Of a stretch of 64,000 nt of DNA, positions 7,420-16,368 are shown piece by piece. The number at the start of each line of letters is the position of its first letter. Position 1 is the stretch's first letter. A program made the position numbers and the translations under genes. The notes under the pieces are model-generated. The model ran no database searches. It was not told the DNA's origin and saw nothing but the letters and a program-made list of their open reading frames with translations. Origin of the DNA: an uncultured delta proteobacterium (GTDB lineage Bacteria; Myxococcota; UBA727; VGSZ01); contig CAVZJB010000005.1 of the NCBI GenBank assembly GCA_963775425.1, positions 544,001-608,000 on the forward strand. Reading direction: 5' to 3'.

Positions 7420-10400
7420 GACGCTCAACGACGGTCCCTCGCCGCTTCGCTCGAGGACCTTGTCCCCTTGCGTGAGGAGCGTCTCTCCGGCGAGGAGGTT
7501 CGCGGCCTTGGCGCTCAAGGAGAGGTTCCAGGGGAGGTCCTGCACGACGACGACATCGAGCTCGTGGAAGGGTTGTTCGTAGACGTCGGGCGCGCCGAGC
7601 ACGCCGACGTCGCGGATGCGCGCGCCGAAGACGTTGTACAGCACGGTGACGCTGCTGCCGTCGCGCTGCCAGCCGGCCTGCGCGTTCAGCACCCACGGAG
7701 ACTGGCCGGCCAGGGGGCGCGTCGTCGACGTCTGGACGCCGCCGTCCGGCAACTGCACCTGCGACCAGATGAGGGCGGCGTTGCCGCCGACGAAGAACGC
7801 GTCGAGCAACGGCGTCACGCGGCCGAGACCGGCGCGGGCCTCCAGCTCGGCGCCGGCGTTGACGGCGGAGTCGGCGTTGTCCCACGTGACGGCTTGGTCG
7901 GAGCCGGGCGTGATGACCTCCTCGATGGGGTTTTGAAAGCGCTTGGCGAACAGCGCCACCGACAGCGTCTCGGTGGGCGAGGGGTACCACTCGAAGCGCG
8001 CGTCGAGGTGCGCGATGGACGCGGACACGAGGTCCGCGTTGCCGTGGCGCGAGCGCCCCGCCGTGACGTCGGTGAACACCGCGGGTGACAGCTCGCGCAG
8101 CTCGGGGCGCGAGACGGTGAGCGCGCCGGCCACGCGCAACTGCATGTCGTCGGCGAACTCCCAGGTGAGCCCCGCGCTCGGCAGGACGTCGACGGAGTCG
8201 AGGTTCGCGAGCGCGGGCGTGGCGTCGGCGTTGAACAGCTCGAAGGTCTTCACGCCGATGTGCGACGCCTCGACGCGCGCGCCTGCCGACAGCATGAGGT
8301 CGAACGGGAGCGGGACGTCGGCGAGGGCGTAGGTGGATCCGATGAGCGAGAGCCCCTCGTAGTTGTCCGTCTTGCGCGTGGATTCGCTGAGGACGAAGCC
8401 GCCCGGGCCGATGTTGTCCGGCGTGAAGACCTCGTCGGCGTCGCGCTTGCGGACGTCCGCGGTGCCGACGGACTCGCCCTTGAAGAGGAACTTGAAGCGT
8501 CGTGTGTCGGCCGAGCGGCTCTTGGTGGTGAGGCCGATGCCGGTCTTGACGTCACCGTCCTCGAGCAAGGGCACCTTCCAGCTCAGCTCGGCGTCGTGGC
8601 TCTGGTCCATCAACGTCGAGTACAGGCGCTGGTTGCCCTCGGGACGGTCGGAGAGCAGCAGCGCGCCGCTGTTGGGGTCGCGGTCGTAGCGGGTCTCCCT
8701 CTGGTCGGGCTCGTCGCGGAGGGCGACGGCGTAGGCATAGCGCCACGACAGCGTGGAGGAGAGCCACGGCAGATCGTGCTCGCCCGAGAGCCGCTCGGAG
8801 AAGAGCGTGCGCTCCGTCCAGTCGATGCGGGTGGCGCGGACGTCGGCGCCGACGTCGCGGTCGAACCCGGAGAGCAGCCGCGCGTCGTCGTCGGTGACGC
8901 GCTGGAGGAACGTGGTGCACTGGAGCGCGAGGCCGGCGGCCTCGAGGCCGGTGCCGAGGAGGCCGCCGAGGCGAACGTTGCGGTCGACGCCCTCGACGGT
9001 GGCGTCCTCGAGGGGGGCGAGCGCGCCGCCGGTGCCGACGGCGTACTTGTGGTGCTCCTCGTCGCTGCGGGTCCAGTCCTGGGCCCAGGACGCGGAGCCG
9101 ATGACGCCGAGCCGGGCGCCGAAGAGGTCGAAGCGGTCGCCGAAGCCGACGCCGAGCGACGCCGAAGGGGGCACCGCCTCGCGGGTGGTGTCCCAGGTGC
9201 GCGGGAGGCTCTCGCCGAGGCGCTCGAGCTCGGCGGGGGCGTACCCGCCGGGGACGAGGGTGCTCTTCTCGGCCAGGGGCCCGCGGGCGGAGGCGGCGAC
9301 GAGGCCGGCGGGCATCGCGCGGGCGCCGTCGTCCACGCCGAGGAAGTCGAGGCCGCCGCCCTGGGCCCGGGGCCCCGGAGCGAGAGTGGTCCCGAGCGTG
9401 CCTGCGAGACTTCCATGAATATCGAAGTATGGCTTCTCCGGGATGCGGCGGCTCTGGAGGAGCACGGCGCCGCCGCCGAAGTCGCCCGGGAGGTCCGGCG
9501 ACCAGGTCTTTTGGACGACGACGCTCGAGAGCGCTCCGGCGGGGAACATGTCGAGGGGGACCACGCGGCGCTCGGGCTCGGGGGACGGCAAGGTGGCGCC
9601 GTCGAGGAGCGTCGACGAGTAGCGCTCGCCGAGGCCGCGCACGTAGACGTACTTGCCGCCGACGACGGTGAGGCCGGTGGCGCGCTTGAGCGCGGCTGCG
9701 GCGTCGGCGTCGCCGGAGCGCCGCATCTGATCGCTCCCGATGACCTCGACCACCTGATGCTCTTCGCGTTTGACGTCGACGGAGGCGGCGAGGGCGCCCT
9801 CGATGTACGGCGCGTGGACCACGAGCTCGTCCAGCTCGGACGCCGCGGGCACGAGCTCGACGCGCAGCGCGGCGGCGCTCGCGGGCACCTCGACGACGCG
9901 GGGGGCCGAGCGCGGGTGGATGAACGAGAGGCTCGCCGGGCCCGCGGGGAGGGCGGCGCTCAGGTGGCCGGCGCCGTCGGTGACGCCGAGGGCGCCGCCG
10001 CCCTGGAGGTAACAGCGCACCTCGGGGAGGGCGGCGCCGTCGAGCGCATTGACGACGGTGAGGACGACGCTCCTGGTCTGGGATGACCCTACGACGCTCG
10101 CGCGATTATCGGACTGAGGGGCGTCGGCGGGGTCCGCGCCGGGCGCGTCGATGGTGACGCCGCAGCCGGCGGGCCCCGATCGCACGGTCGCGATGACGTC
10201 TGCGACCTGGCCCGGGCCGACGCGGACCCGCACCTGCGCCCGGCACCCGCCGCGCACCTCCGGCGTCTCGGGCGCCTCGACCACGAGCAGGTGGGCGCCC
10301 GCGTCGACGTCGAGGACCGCGCGTCCGTCGAGGTCCGTCACGCGCCCGGTGCCGCCGTCCGCATGAACGACGAGGGCCGCGGGGCGCCCCTCGCCGTCGA

Positions 10401-10533
10401 ACGCGACCACCGAGATGACGGCCCGCGCGTCGTCGCGCGCCGCGTCCTCGCCGGACGCGTGGGCGGCGGGCTCACGCGCCGCGTCCGCCGCCGCCGGCGT
10501 CGCCGCGGCCGCGAGCGCGAAGAGGGCCGTCAT
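7396..10533 (-). CDS. TonB-dependent outer-membrane receptor with N-terminal extension domains
   Basis: Signal peptide; plug motif DAAAALKRATGLTVVGGKYVYVRGLGERYSS...PSPEPERRVVPLDMFP; barrel motifs RPELREL, AANLL. Confidence 0.92.
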   Translation of the reverse strand: MTALFALAAAATPAAADAAREPAAHASGEDAARDDARAVISVVAFDGEGRPAALVVHADGGTGRVTDLDGRAVLDVDAGAHLLVVEAPETPEVRGGCRAQVRVRVGPGQVADVIATVRSGPAGCGVTIDAPGADPADAPQSDNRASVVGSSQTRSVVLTVVNALDGAALPEVRCYLQGGGALGVTDGAGHLSAALPAGPASLSFIHPRSAPRVVEVPASAAALRVELVPAASELDELVVHAPYIEGALAASVDVKREEHQVVEVIGSDQMRRSGDADAAAALKRATGLTVVGGKYVYVRGLGERYSSTLLDGATLPSPEPERRVVPLDMFPAGALSSVVVQKTWSPDLPGDFGGGAVLLQSRRIPEKPYFDIHGSLAGTLGTTLAPGPRAQGGGLDFLGVDDGARAMPAGLVAASARGPLAEKSTLVPGGYAPAELERLGESLPRTWDTTREAVPPSASLGVGFGDRFDLFGARLGVIGSASWAQDWTRSDEEHHKYAVGTGGALAPLEDATVEGVDRNVRLGGLLGTGLEAAGLALQCTTFLQRVTDDDARLLSGFDRDVGADVRATRIDWTERTLFSERLSGEHDLPWLSSTLSWRYAYAVALRDEPDQRETRYDRDPNSGALLLSDRPEGNQRLYSTLMDQSHDAELSWKVPLLEDGDVKTGIGLTTKSRSADTRRFKFLFKGESVGTADVRKRDADEVFTPDNIGPGGFVLSESTRKTDNYEGLSLIGSTYALADVPLPFDLMLSAGARVEASHIGVKTFELFNADATPALANLDSVDVLPSAGLTWEFADDMQLRVAGALTVSRPELRELSPAVFTDVTAGRSRHGNADLVSASIAHLDARFEWYPSPTETLSVALFAKRFQNPIEEVITPGSDQAVTWDNADSAVNAGAELEARAGLGRVTPLLDAFFVGGNAALIWSQVQLPDGGVQTSTTRPLAGQSPWVLNAQAGWQRDGSSVTVLYNVFGARIRDVGVLGAPDVYEQPFHELDVVVVQDLPWNLSLSAKAANLLAGETLLTQGDKVLERSGEGPSLSVSVGLKLD

Positions 10534-11705
10534 CAGCGCGCGCACGGTCCCGTCCCTTCCCGGCAGACCGCGATGGCCGCGCGCAGGTCGGTCGCGCGCT
10601 CGAACCACGTGTCGCCGCCGACGCCGTCGAGCAGCGCGCTCGCGCGCTCGTCGTCACCTGTTTGGAAGTGCGCGTACGCCAGCGCGTACCGCACGGCGTC
10701 GTCGCTCACGAGCCCCGCGCGCGCGAGGCGCGGCTCCAGCGCCAGCGCGCGATCCCATTCGCGTCCGTCGACGAGGATCGCCAGGCGTTGGCGCAGGCGA
10801 GCGCCCGTGTCGGCGACGACGGCGTTGTCTTCCAGCGCCGCGCGCCGGTCCCCGGCCGAGCGCAACAGCTCCGCGGCGTCCGCGGACCTCGCCGGCGCGA
10901 GCAGCGCGCAGCGCTGCGCCGTGAGCGCCGCCAGCCGCGGCCGCGCCTCCATGCGCATCGCCAGCGCACAGAAGCGCGCGTCGTCCGGGAAGCGCGCGAG
11001 GCCCGCGTCCACCAGCAGCTCCGCCGCCGCCGTCGCCGTCGCCCGCAGCGACGACGCCAGCGCAGCGAGCTCGTCGGCGTCGAGCGCGGCGGCGACGTCG
11101 CGCGCGTCGTCTTCGTCGTCGAGCCCCGCGCCGCAGAGGAGCCGCAGCCGCTCCGCGCGCAGCCGCGTCGTCGCGTGCGCCGCGATGCCGGCGTTCAAGT
11201 CATCGACGGCGCGCGCGAGGTTCCCCGCGCGCTTGTCGCAGTCCGCCTGCACGAGCACCGCCTTGTCGTCGACGTGCACGGCGTCACCTGCCCGGGAAAG
11301 CGCGGCGAGCGCCGCCTCGCAGCGGCCCGCGGCGCGCTCTGCCGTGCCCAGCGCGATCTCCATGCTCGTCGACAGCGCCGCGCCGCTGTTCTGCGCCGCC
11401 GCCTGCGCCGCGCGCAGGGGCGCCGCCGCCTCCGCGTCGCGGCCCACCGCGAGGAGGGCGAGCCCCTGTAGGCGCGCGCGGCGGAACGCGTGTCGCGCCG
11501 CGGGCGGGTCCGCGACACGCCCGAGCGCATCGAGCGCCGTCTTGGCGTCGCCGTGGGCGAGCGCCTCCTCGGCCTGCGCGAGCGCGAGCTCGTCGTGCGC
11601 GTCGGGCGCCGGCGCGTGGTGCCGCCGCGCGAGCGCCGGCGCGGTCCACAGCGCAACGACGAGCGCGACGGCGAGGGAGCTTCGTCGGGCGGCGATCGTG
11701 CTCAT
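10533..11705 (-). CDS. TPR-like exported protein (TtpD-like position in the operon)
   Basis: Signal peptide, Ala/Leu helical repeats, YALAYAHFQTGD..RA; overlaps both neighbours. Confidence 0.7.
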   Translation of the reverse strand: MSTIAARRSSLAVALVVALWTAPALARRHHAPAPDAHDELALAQAEEALAHGDAKTALDALGRVADPPAARHAFRRARLQGLALLAVGRDAEAAAPLRAAQAAAQNSGAALSTSMEIALGTAERAAGRCEAALAALSRAGDAVHVDDKAVLVQADCDKRAGNLARAVDDLNAGIAAHATTRLRAERLRLLCGAGLDDEDDARDVAAALDADELAALASSLRATATAAAELLVDAGLARFPDDARFCALAMRMEARPRLAALTAQRCALLAPARSADAAELLRSAGDRRAALEDNAVVADTGARLRQRLAILVDGREWDRALALEPRLARAGLVSDDAVRYALAYAHFQTGDDERASALLDGVGGDTWFERATDLRAAIAVCREGTGPCAR

Positions 11706-12757
11706 GCGTGATCCAGCGTGAAGCGAATGACCTGCCGCACCCAGGCCTGCGTCGGGCGCCCGGCGGCGGTGGCCGGCTCGAAGGAGAACCGGCGCGCGGC
11801 GGCGACGGCGGCGTCGTCGAACACGCCCGGGGGGTCGGCGTCGAGCACGCGGACGTCGCGCACCTGGCCGCGCTCGTCGACGAGGAGCTGGAGCACCACG
11901 CGCCCCTCGAGGCCCTTGTGTCGCGCGCTCGCAGGGTACTGCGGCGCCGCTCGCGACAGCGCGCGAGGAGGGCGCGGCGGCTCCTTGGGCTGCGCTTGTT
12001 CGTCGTCGGGCGGCGCCGGAGGAGCGAGGGCGCCGATCCCGCCGAAGCCGCCCGCGGCGTCGCCGTCCCCGCCGCCGTCGCCCGCCGCGTCCGCGAAGAA
12101 GCTCGGGGCGAACGACGGCGCCGCCGGGGCCGGCGCCAAAGACGGCGCGGCGGCGCGACGCGTCGCCTTCGGCGGTGGCGGCGGCGCCAGGGGCGGATCT
12201 TCCGGCGGGAGCTCTTCGCTCGGCGCGATGGCCATGGCCATGGTGGTGGCGTGCGCGCGCTGCGGGCGGCGCGTCAGCGACCAGGCGCCGAACGCGAGGT
12301 GCGCGAGGAGCGCGCCCGTCAGCGCCACGGCGACGAGCCGCAGCGCGCGGACGAGCCCGCGCTTTTCGCCGACGATGTGGTCCGCGGAGATGACCGCGGG
12401 CGCAGCCGGAGCGCCGCTTCGGTCGCGCGGGGCGGCGCCGCACGCCTGCAGCGCCCGCAGCCGGCGGCGCAGGCGCTCGTCCGTCGAGGGAAAGGCGCGC
12501 AGCGGACCGGCGTCGCGCGCGAGGGGGCGCGGCCGCCGATCCGCGGACGCGTCGAACGCGCCCGCTTCGGACGTCGCCGCGCGCGAGGCCTCGGCGACGG
12601 CGGCGGCGGGGATGCGCAGGCGCGGCCAACCGGCGACGCGCGGGCGCGCGCGGCGCAGGCCGGACGCGGGCGCGGCGTCCCGGCTCGCCGGCATCTTCAG
12701 CCGGAGCACGACGACGCCCGTCGGGCGGGTCGCGCGGTCGTCGGGGGCGCGGCTCAC
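11702..12757 (-). CDS. tonB: Energy transducer TonB
   Basis: TM helix with His (LLAHLAF), Pro-rich linker, C-domain PQYPASARHKGLEGRVVLQLLVDERGQVRDV...FSFEPA; start uncertain (GTG coupled to the upstream stop). Confidence 0.85.
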   Translation of the reverse strand: MSRAPDDRATRPTGVVVLRLKMPASRDAAPASGLRRARPRVAGWPRLRIPAAAVAEASRAATSEAGAFDASADRRPRPLARDAGPLRAFPSTDERLRRRLRALQACGAAPRDRSGAPAAPAVISADHIVGEKRGLVRALRLVAVALTGALLAHLAFGAWSLTRRPQRAHATTMAMAIAPSEELPPEDPPLAPPPPPKATRRAAAPSLAPAPAAPSFAPSFFADAAGDGGGDGDAAGGFGGIGALAPPAPPDDEQAQPKEPPRPPRALSRAAPQYPASARHKGLEGRVVLQLLVDERGQVRDVRVLDADPPGVFDDAAVAAARRFSFEPATAAGRPTQAWVRQVIRFTLDHA

Positions 12758-13950
12758 GCCGTCCTCGCCGCCCGCGCGGCGGCGACGAGGCGCAGGGCGC
12801 CGCGCTCGAGGACGACTTTGAGGCGCTCGCCCGCGCCGCGCGTGAGCACCCACAGAGCGGCCGCGGGGACGCCGAGGAGGAACGGCAGCGCCGCGCCGGC
12901 GGGGTGCGGGGCGGGCCCGAAGCACGCGGCGGCCGCGAGGGCCAGCGCGGAGAGCGCGGAGGCGACGAAGACCCGCTCGCGCCGGTCGACGCGCGCGCCC
13001 TCGTCGAGGAGCGCGTCGCCCGCTTCGTCGAGGACGGCGTCGTCGTCCGCGGCGCGCGCGGCGGCGGCCACGGTGGCGGCGAGGGCGGCCCCGGCCCGGC
13101 CGGCGGCGCGGCACACGACCTCGGCGGTGGCGGTGTCGCCGACCTCGACGAGACGGACCGCGCGGGCGAGCACGGCGTTCGCGCGCTTCTTGTCGCGAAC
13201 GAGCAGGACGAGGTGCGCCGCGCCGAGGAGCACCGAGAGGAGCGCGAGCGCGCCGGCCCCCGCGCCGAACGGACCTCCCGCGCGGGCGACGAGGCCGGGC
13301 GCCTCGTCCGCGGCGAGGGCGCGCGCGGGGCTCGACAACAAGAGCGGGAGCGGGCCGTCGCCGTCGACGAACGCGCGCGCGTCGGCGGTGTCGGCGCCCT
13401 CCACCACCTGCGGCGGCGCATCGCCGAGCGACGCCAGCGGGCCGGCGGCGTGGGCGGCGGCGCCCACGCGCGCGACGTGCCCCACTTCGAGAATCCTTCC
13501 AGTGACGAAGTCACCGTCCGCGGAGAAGAACCCGCTGTCCATCGCGCGCGTCCGGGACCCGCGCTCGACGTCTTTGGCGGCGGCGGCGAGGACGGCCTCG
13601 AGGTCGCCGTCGGCGTGCACGCCGCGCTTTGCCAGGGCGGCCTTGAGGGAGCGCACGGCGGGGACGAGCGACGCGTCGTCGACGGCGCCGGCCCGCTCGA
13701 GCTCGGAGATCCGGGCGGCGATGCCGTCGGTCCTCGCGCGCTCCGCGACGAGCGTGGCCTCGAGGCCGGCCAGCTTGGCGCGCTCGGCGGCGGCGCGCGC
13801 GGCGCTCTCCTTGTCGACGTCGACCTTGGCGGCGCGCAGCGCGTCGCGCTCGGCCTCGAGCAGCGCGATCTCCCTCTTGTAGGCGGTCGCGAGCGACGGC
13901 GCGTGCGCCGGGCTCGGCGCGGCGGCGAGGAGCATGGCGAGGACGATCAT
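12754..13950 (-). CDS. TtpC-like long ExbB/TolQ-related protein, degenerate
   Basis: Signal peptide, coiled coil, FFSADG..VTGRILEVGHVA periplasmic motif, three C-terminal hydrophobic segments; follows the DUF3450-like gene. Confidence 0.55.
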   Translation of the reverse strand: MIVLAMLLAAAPSPAHAPSLATAYKREIALLEAERDALRAAKVDVDKESAARAAAERAKLAGLEATLVAERARTDGIAARISELERAGAVDDASLVPAVRSLKAALAKRGVHADGDLEAVLAAAAKDVERGSRTRAMDSGFFSADGDFVTGRILEVGHVARVGAAAHAAGPLASLGDAPPQVVEGADTADARAFVDGDGPLPLLLSSPARALAADEAPGLVARAGGPFGAGAGALALLSVLLGAAHLVLLVRDKKRANAVLARAVRLVEVGDTATAEVVCRAAGRAGAALAATVAAAARAADDDAVLDEAGDALLDEGARVDRRERVFVASALSALALAAAACFGPAPHPAGAALPFLLGVPAAALWVLTRGAGERLKVVLERGALRLVAAARAARTA

Positions 13951-14804
13951 GGCTGCACCTCCGCGGGAGCGGCCTGCGCTTGCGTGGGGGGCGACGACGG
14001 CGTGGGCGGGGCACGGCCCGCGGCGCGCGCGTCGTCGTCGATTGGAGGGAGCGCCGGCCGCGGGACGAGGACGACGCCCTCGCGCGTGGCGGAGCGGAAC
14101 GCGGCGAAGAGCACGTCGGCGCGCGCGCGGTCGTCGGGGGCGGCGAACGGGCGCCACTCGACATCGCCGTTGGGCAGGCGGTGGGCGGCGCCGCTCAGGC
14201 CCGCCTTGGTGCGAAAGAGCATCGCCGCGGTGCCGAGGCGGATGACGTCGGCGACCATGCGCTTGCTCTCGACGACGATGGGGGCGCGTGCGCGCTCCGT
14301 CGAGCGCGACAGATCGATCTCGGCCGACAGGACCTGCTCGAGCGCCTCCACCGCGTGCGCGGGCCCCTCGGCGTCGAGCGCGCGATCGACGTCGTCGATG
14401 CGGGCGAGGCGCTCGCGCGTGCGATACGGGATGCCGCCCGACACCGACGCGCGCAGCCGCGCGAGGACGCGGCGCACCGGCGCCTTGGCGGCGTCGGCGG
14501 CGGTGGCGCGCGCGGCGCTCTTGTCGGAGAGCTGCGTGCGCTTCTCTTCGAGCTGTGCGGCGAGGAGGCGCGCGCTCTCGAGGTCACCCTCGAGCTGCGT
14601 GCGCCTCCGCGCGGCCGCCAACCGCCCCTCCCGCGCCTCCGCGCGCGCCGCCTCGACGTCGGCGGAGAGCCCGTCGACCTCGGCGCGGAGCGCGGACAGC
14701 GTCTTTCCGAGCGCGACGAGCTCGGCGTCGTCGCTCGCGTGCGCGGGCCACGCCCAGGTGACGAGGACCGCGACGGCGATGCAGATGCGGTGGAGGTGGG
14801 TCAT
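13947..14804 (-). CDS. DUF3450 (TtpB-like) coiled-coil periplasmic protein
   Basis: Signal peptide, coiled coil, GIPYRTRERLARI, VIRLGTAAMLFRT motifs. Confidence 0.75.
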   Translation of the reverse strand: MTHLHRICIAVAVLVTWAWPAHASDDAELVALGKTLSALRAEVDGLSADVEAARAEAREGRLAAARRRTQLEGDLESARLLAAQLEEKRTQLSDKSAARATAADAAKAPVRRVLARLRASVSGGIPYRTRERLARIDDVDRALDAEGPAHAVEALEQVLSAEIDLSRSTERARAPIVVESKRMVADVIRLGTAAMLFRTKAGLSGAAHRLPNGDVEWRPFAAPDDRARADVLFAAFRSATREGVVLVPRPALPPIDDDARAAGRAPPTPSSPPTQAQAAPAEVQP

Positions 14805-14811
14805 GGCTTCC

Positions 14812-16152
14812 TCAGTTCTGCGCGTAGTCGGTCCAGCCCGCGGTCCAGTCGTCCGCCGCGTCCGCCCCGCAGGCCCCGCGGAACGACACGTTGTCGAAGA
14901 ACGGATCCGCGGGGACCACCCCGCCGGTGGCGGCGAGCGAGCCGGGCTGCGCGCGCCAATCGGGCGCGGTCTTGCTGGTGACGTCGACGAGCCCGGGGTC
15001 GCCCGCGGTGTTGCCGGCGTTGTCCTGGAGCAGGAAGTCGCTGAGCACGAAGGGGTCGCCGGCGGCGTCGTCGGCGAGGGTGTCGCAGTCGAACACGCTG
15101 TTGGACACCGTGGTGTTGCCGGTGAGCGCGCCGCCGCTCTTGGCGACGTCGAAGGTGGTGCCGTCGTCCATGTTGAAGCAGCTCTTGTTGAAGCCGACGA
15201 CGACGATGTTCTCGAGCGTGGCCTCGGTGCCGCGGCGCAGCAGGATGCCGTCGCCGCCGGCGTCGGAGACGGGCGCGCCGATCAGGGTGACGTTGGAGAT
15301 GGTCGGGTGCGAGATCGGCGTGATCTCGAAGTTCGCTTCGTTGTTGTCCGCTTCGATGCCGTTGTTGCCGATGTTCTCGTACTGCTGCGAGACCACGAAC
15401 TGCGCCTTGCCGGTCCAGCCGAAGGTCCAATCGATGTTGTCGTCGCCGATGCCGGTGCAGACCACGTGCTTCACGTTCACGGTGCCGCCGAAGAACTCGA
15501 TGCAGTCGTCGGCGACCATGTGCGCCTGGATGTGATCCACCACGGTGCCGTCGCCGACGCCCTGGAACGCGAAGCCGTTCAGCTCGTTTTCGTCGTCGAT
15601 GAGCGCGCCGCCGAACTCCACGCGGACGAAGCGCAGGACGCCGCTGTCGTCGTGGGCGTCGCCGCCGCCGTAGGTGCCGGTGCCGGCCTCGCCGAGCAGC
15701 GTGCACGGATCTCCGGTGCAGCCGTTCACGGGGGCCTGGCCGTTGAGGACGATGCCGCCCCAGTCGGTGGGGGCGCGCGCGCCCGGATCCTTCGCCGACG
15801 TGAAGACGATGGGCGCGTCGGCGGTGCCGTCGGCGACGATCTTGCTGCCGCGCGTGATCAGCAGGAACGAGAGTGACGATGTATCGCCGAAGATCTGCGT
15901 GCCCGGCTCGATGGTGAGCACGCTCGGGGCCTTGGCAGGATCCGTGTCGTCGCCGACGAAGACGCCGCCCTTGAGGACCCACTTCTTGTCGGCGGTGAAC
16001 GTCGTGTCGGCGAGGATGGGGCCGGTGACGGTGCAGACGTCGCCCTCGCACGCGAAGCCGCCGGTGGGCGGTGTGACCTCGGGGCCGGGGCACGCCGTGA
16101 AGCCCGCAGGCAGCGCGAGCGCGAGGATCAGCTTCTTGATGTCGATGTGCAT
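14812..16152 (-). CDS. TonB-receptor-associated beta-helix lipoprotein
   Basis: GGGAG RBS; lipobox FTAC; LTIEPGT, WGGIVLNGQAPVN, YGG...DDSGVLRFVRVEFGG, DDCIEFFGGTVN, W..GWT C-terminus. Confidence 0.85.
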   Translation of the reverse strand: MHIDIKKLILALALPAGFTACPGPEVTPPTGGFACEGDVCTVTGPILADTTFTADKKWVLKGGVFVGDDTDPAKAPSVLTIEPGTQIFGDTSSLSFLLITRGSKIVADGTADAPIVFTSAKDPGARAPTDWGGIVLNGQAPVNGCTGDPCTLLGEAGTGTYGGGDAHDDSGVLRFVRVEFGGALIDDENELNGFAFQGVGDGTVVDHIQAHMVADDCIEFFGGTVNVKHVVCTGIGDDNIDWTFGWTGKAQFVVSQQYENIGNNGIEADNNEANFEITPISHPTISNVTLIGAPVSDAGGDGILLRRGTEATLENIVVVGFNKSCFNMDDGTTFDVAKSGGALTGNTTVSNSVFDCDTLADDAAGDPFVLSDFLLQDNAGNTAGDPGLVDVTSKTAPDWRAQPGSLAATGGVVPADPFFDNVSFRGACGADAADDWTAGWTDYAQN

Positions 16153-16368
16153 GTGACTCCCTGTTGTGAAACCTGGCGGTTTTGTCGCCACGGTTCGTGC
16201 CGGTCGTGTGTCAGCAGCGCAAAGCTTCCGTTGCGTTGCCGCGATCGAACGTCACAGCGGTGTGTCAGCGGCGCGGCGGCGCGGTGCTACCGCGCCGCCG
16301 TCGCACTTCATGCACGTGTCAGGCCCGCGAGGCGACGCGGGCGAGGAGCCGGCCGCGCCGGCCCCGAT

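Noticed and set aside
16245-16270. Pho box
   Set aside because: GTCA units are 13 bp apart rather than 11 and are oriented opposite to the operon
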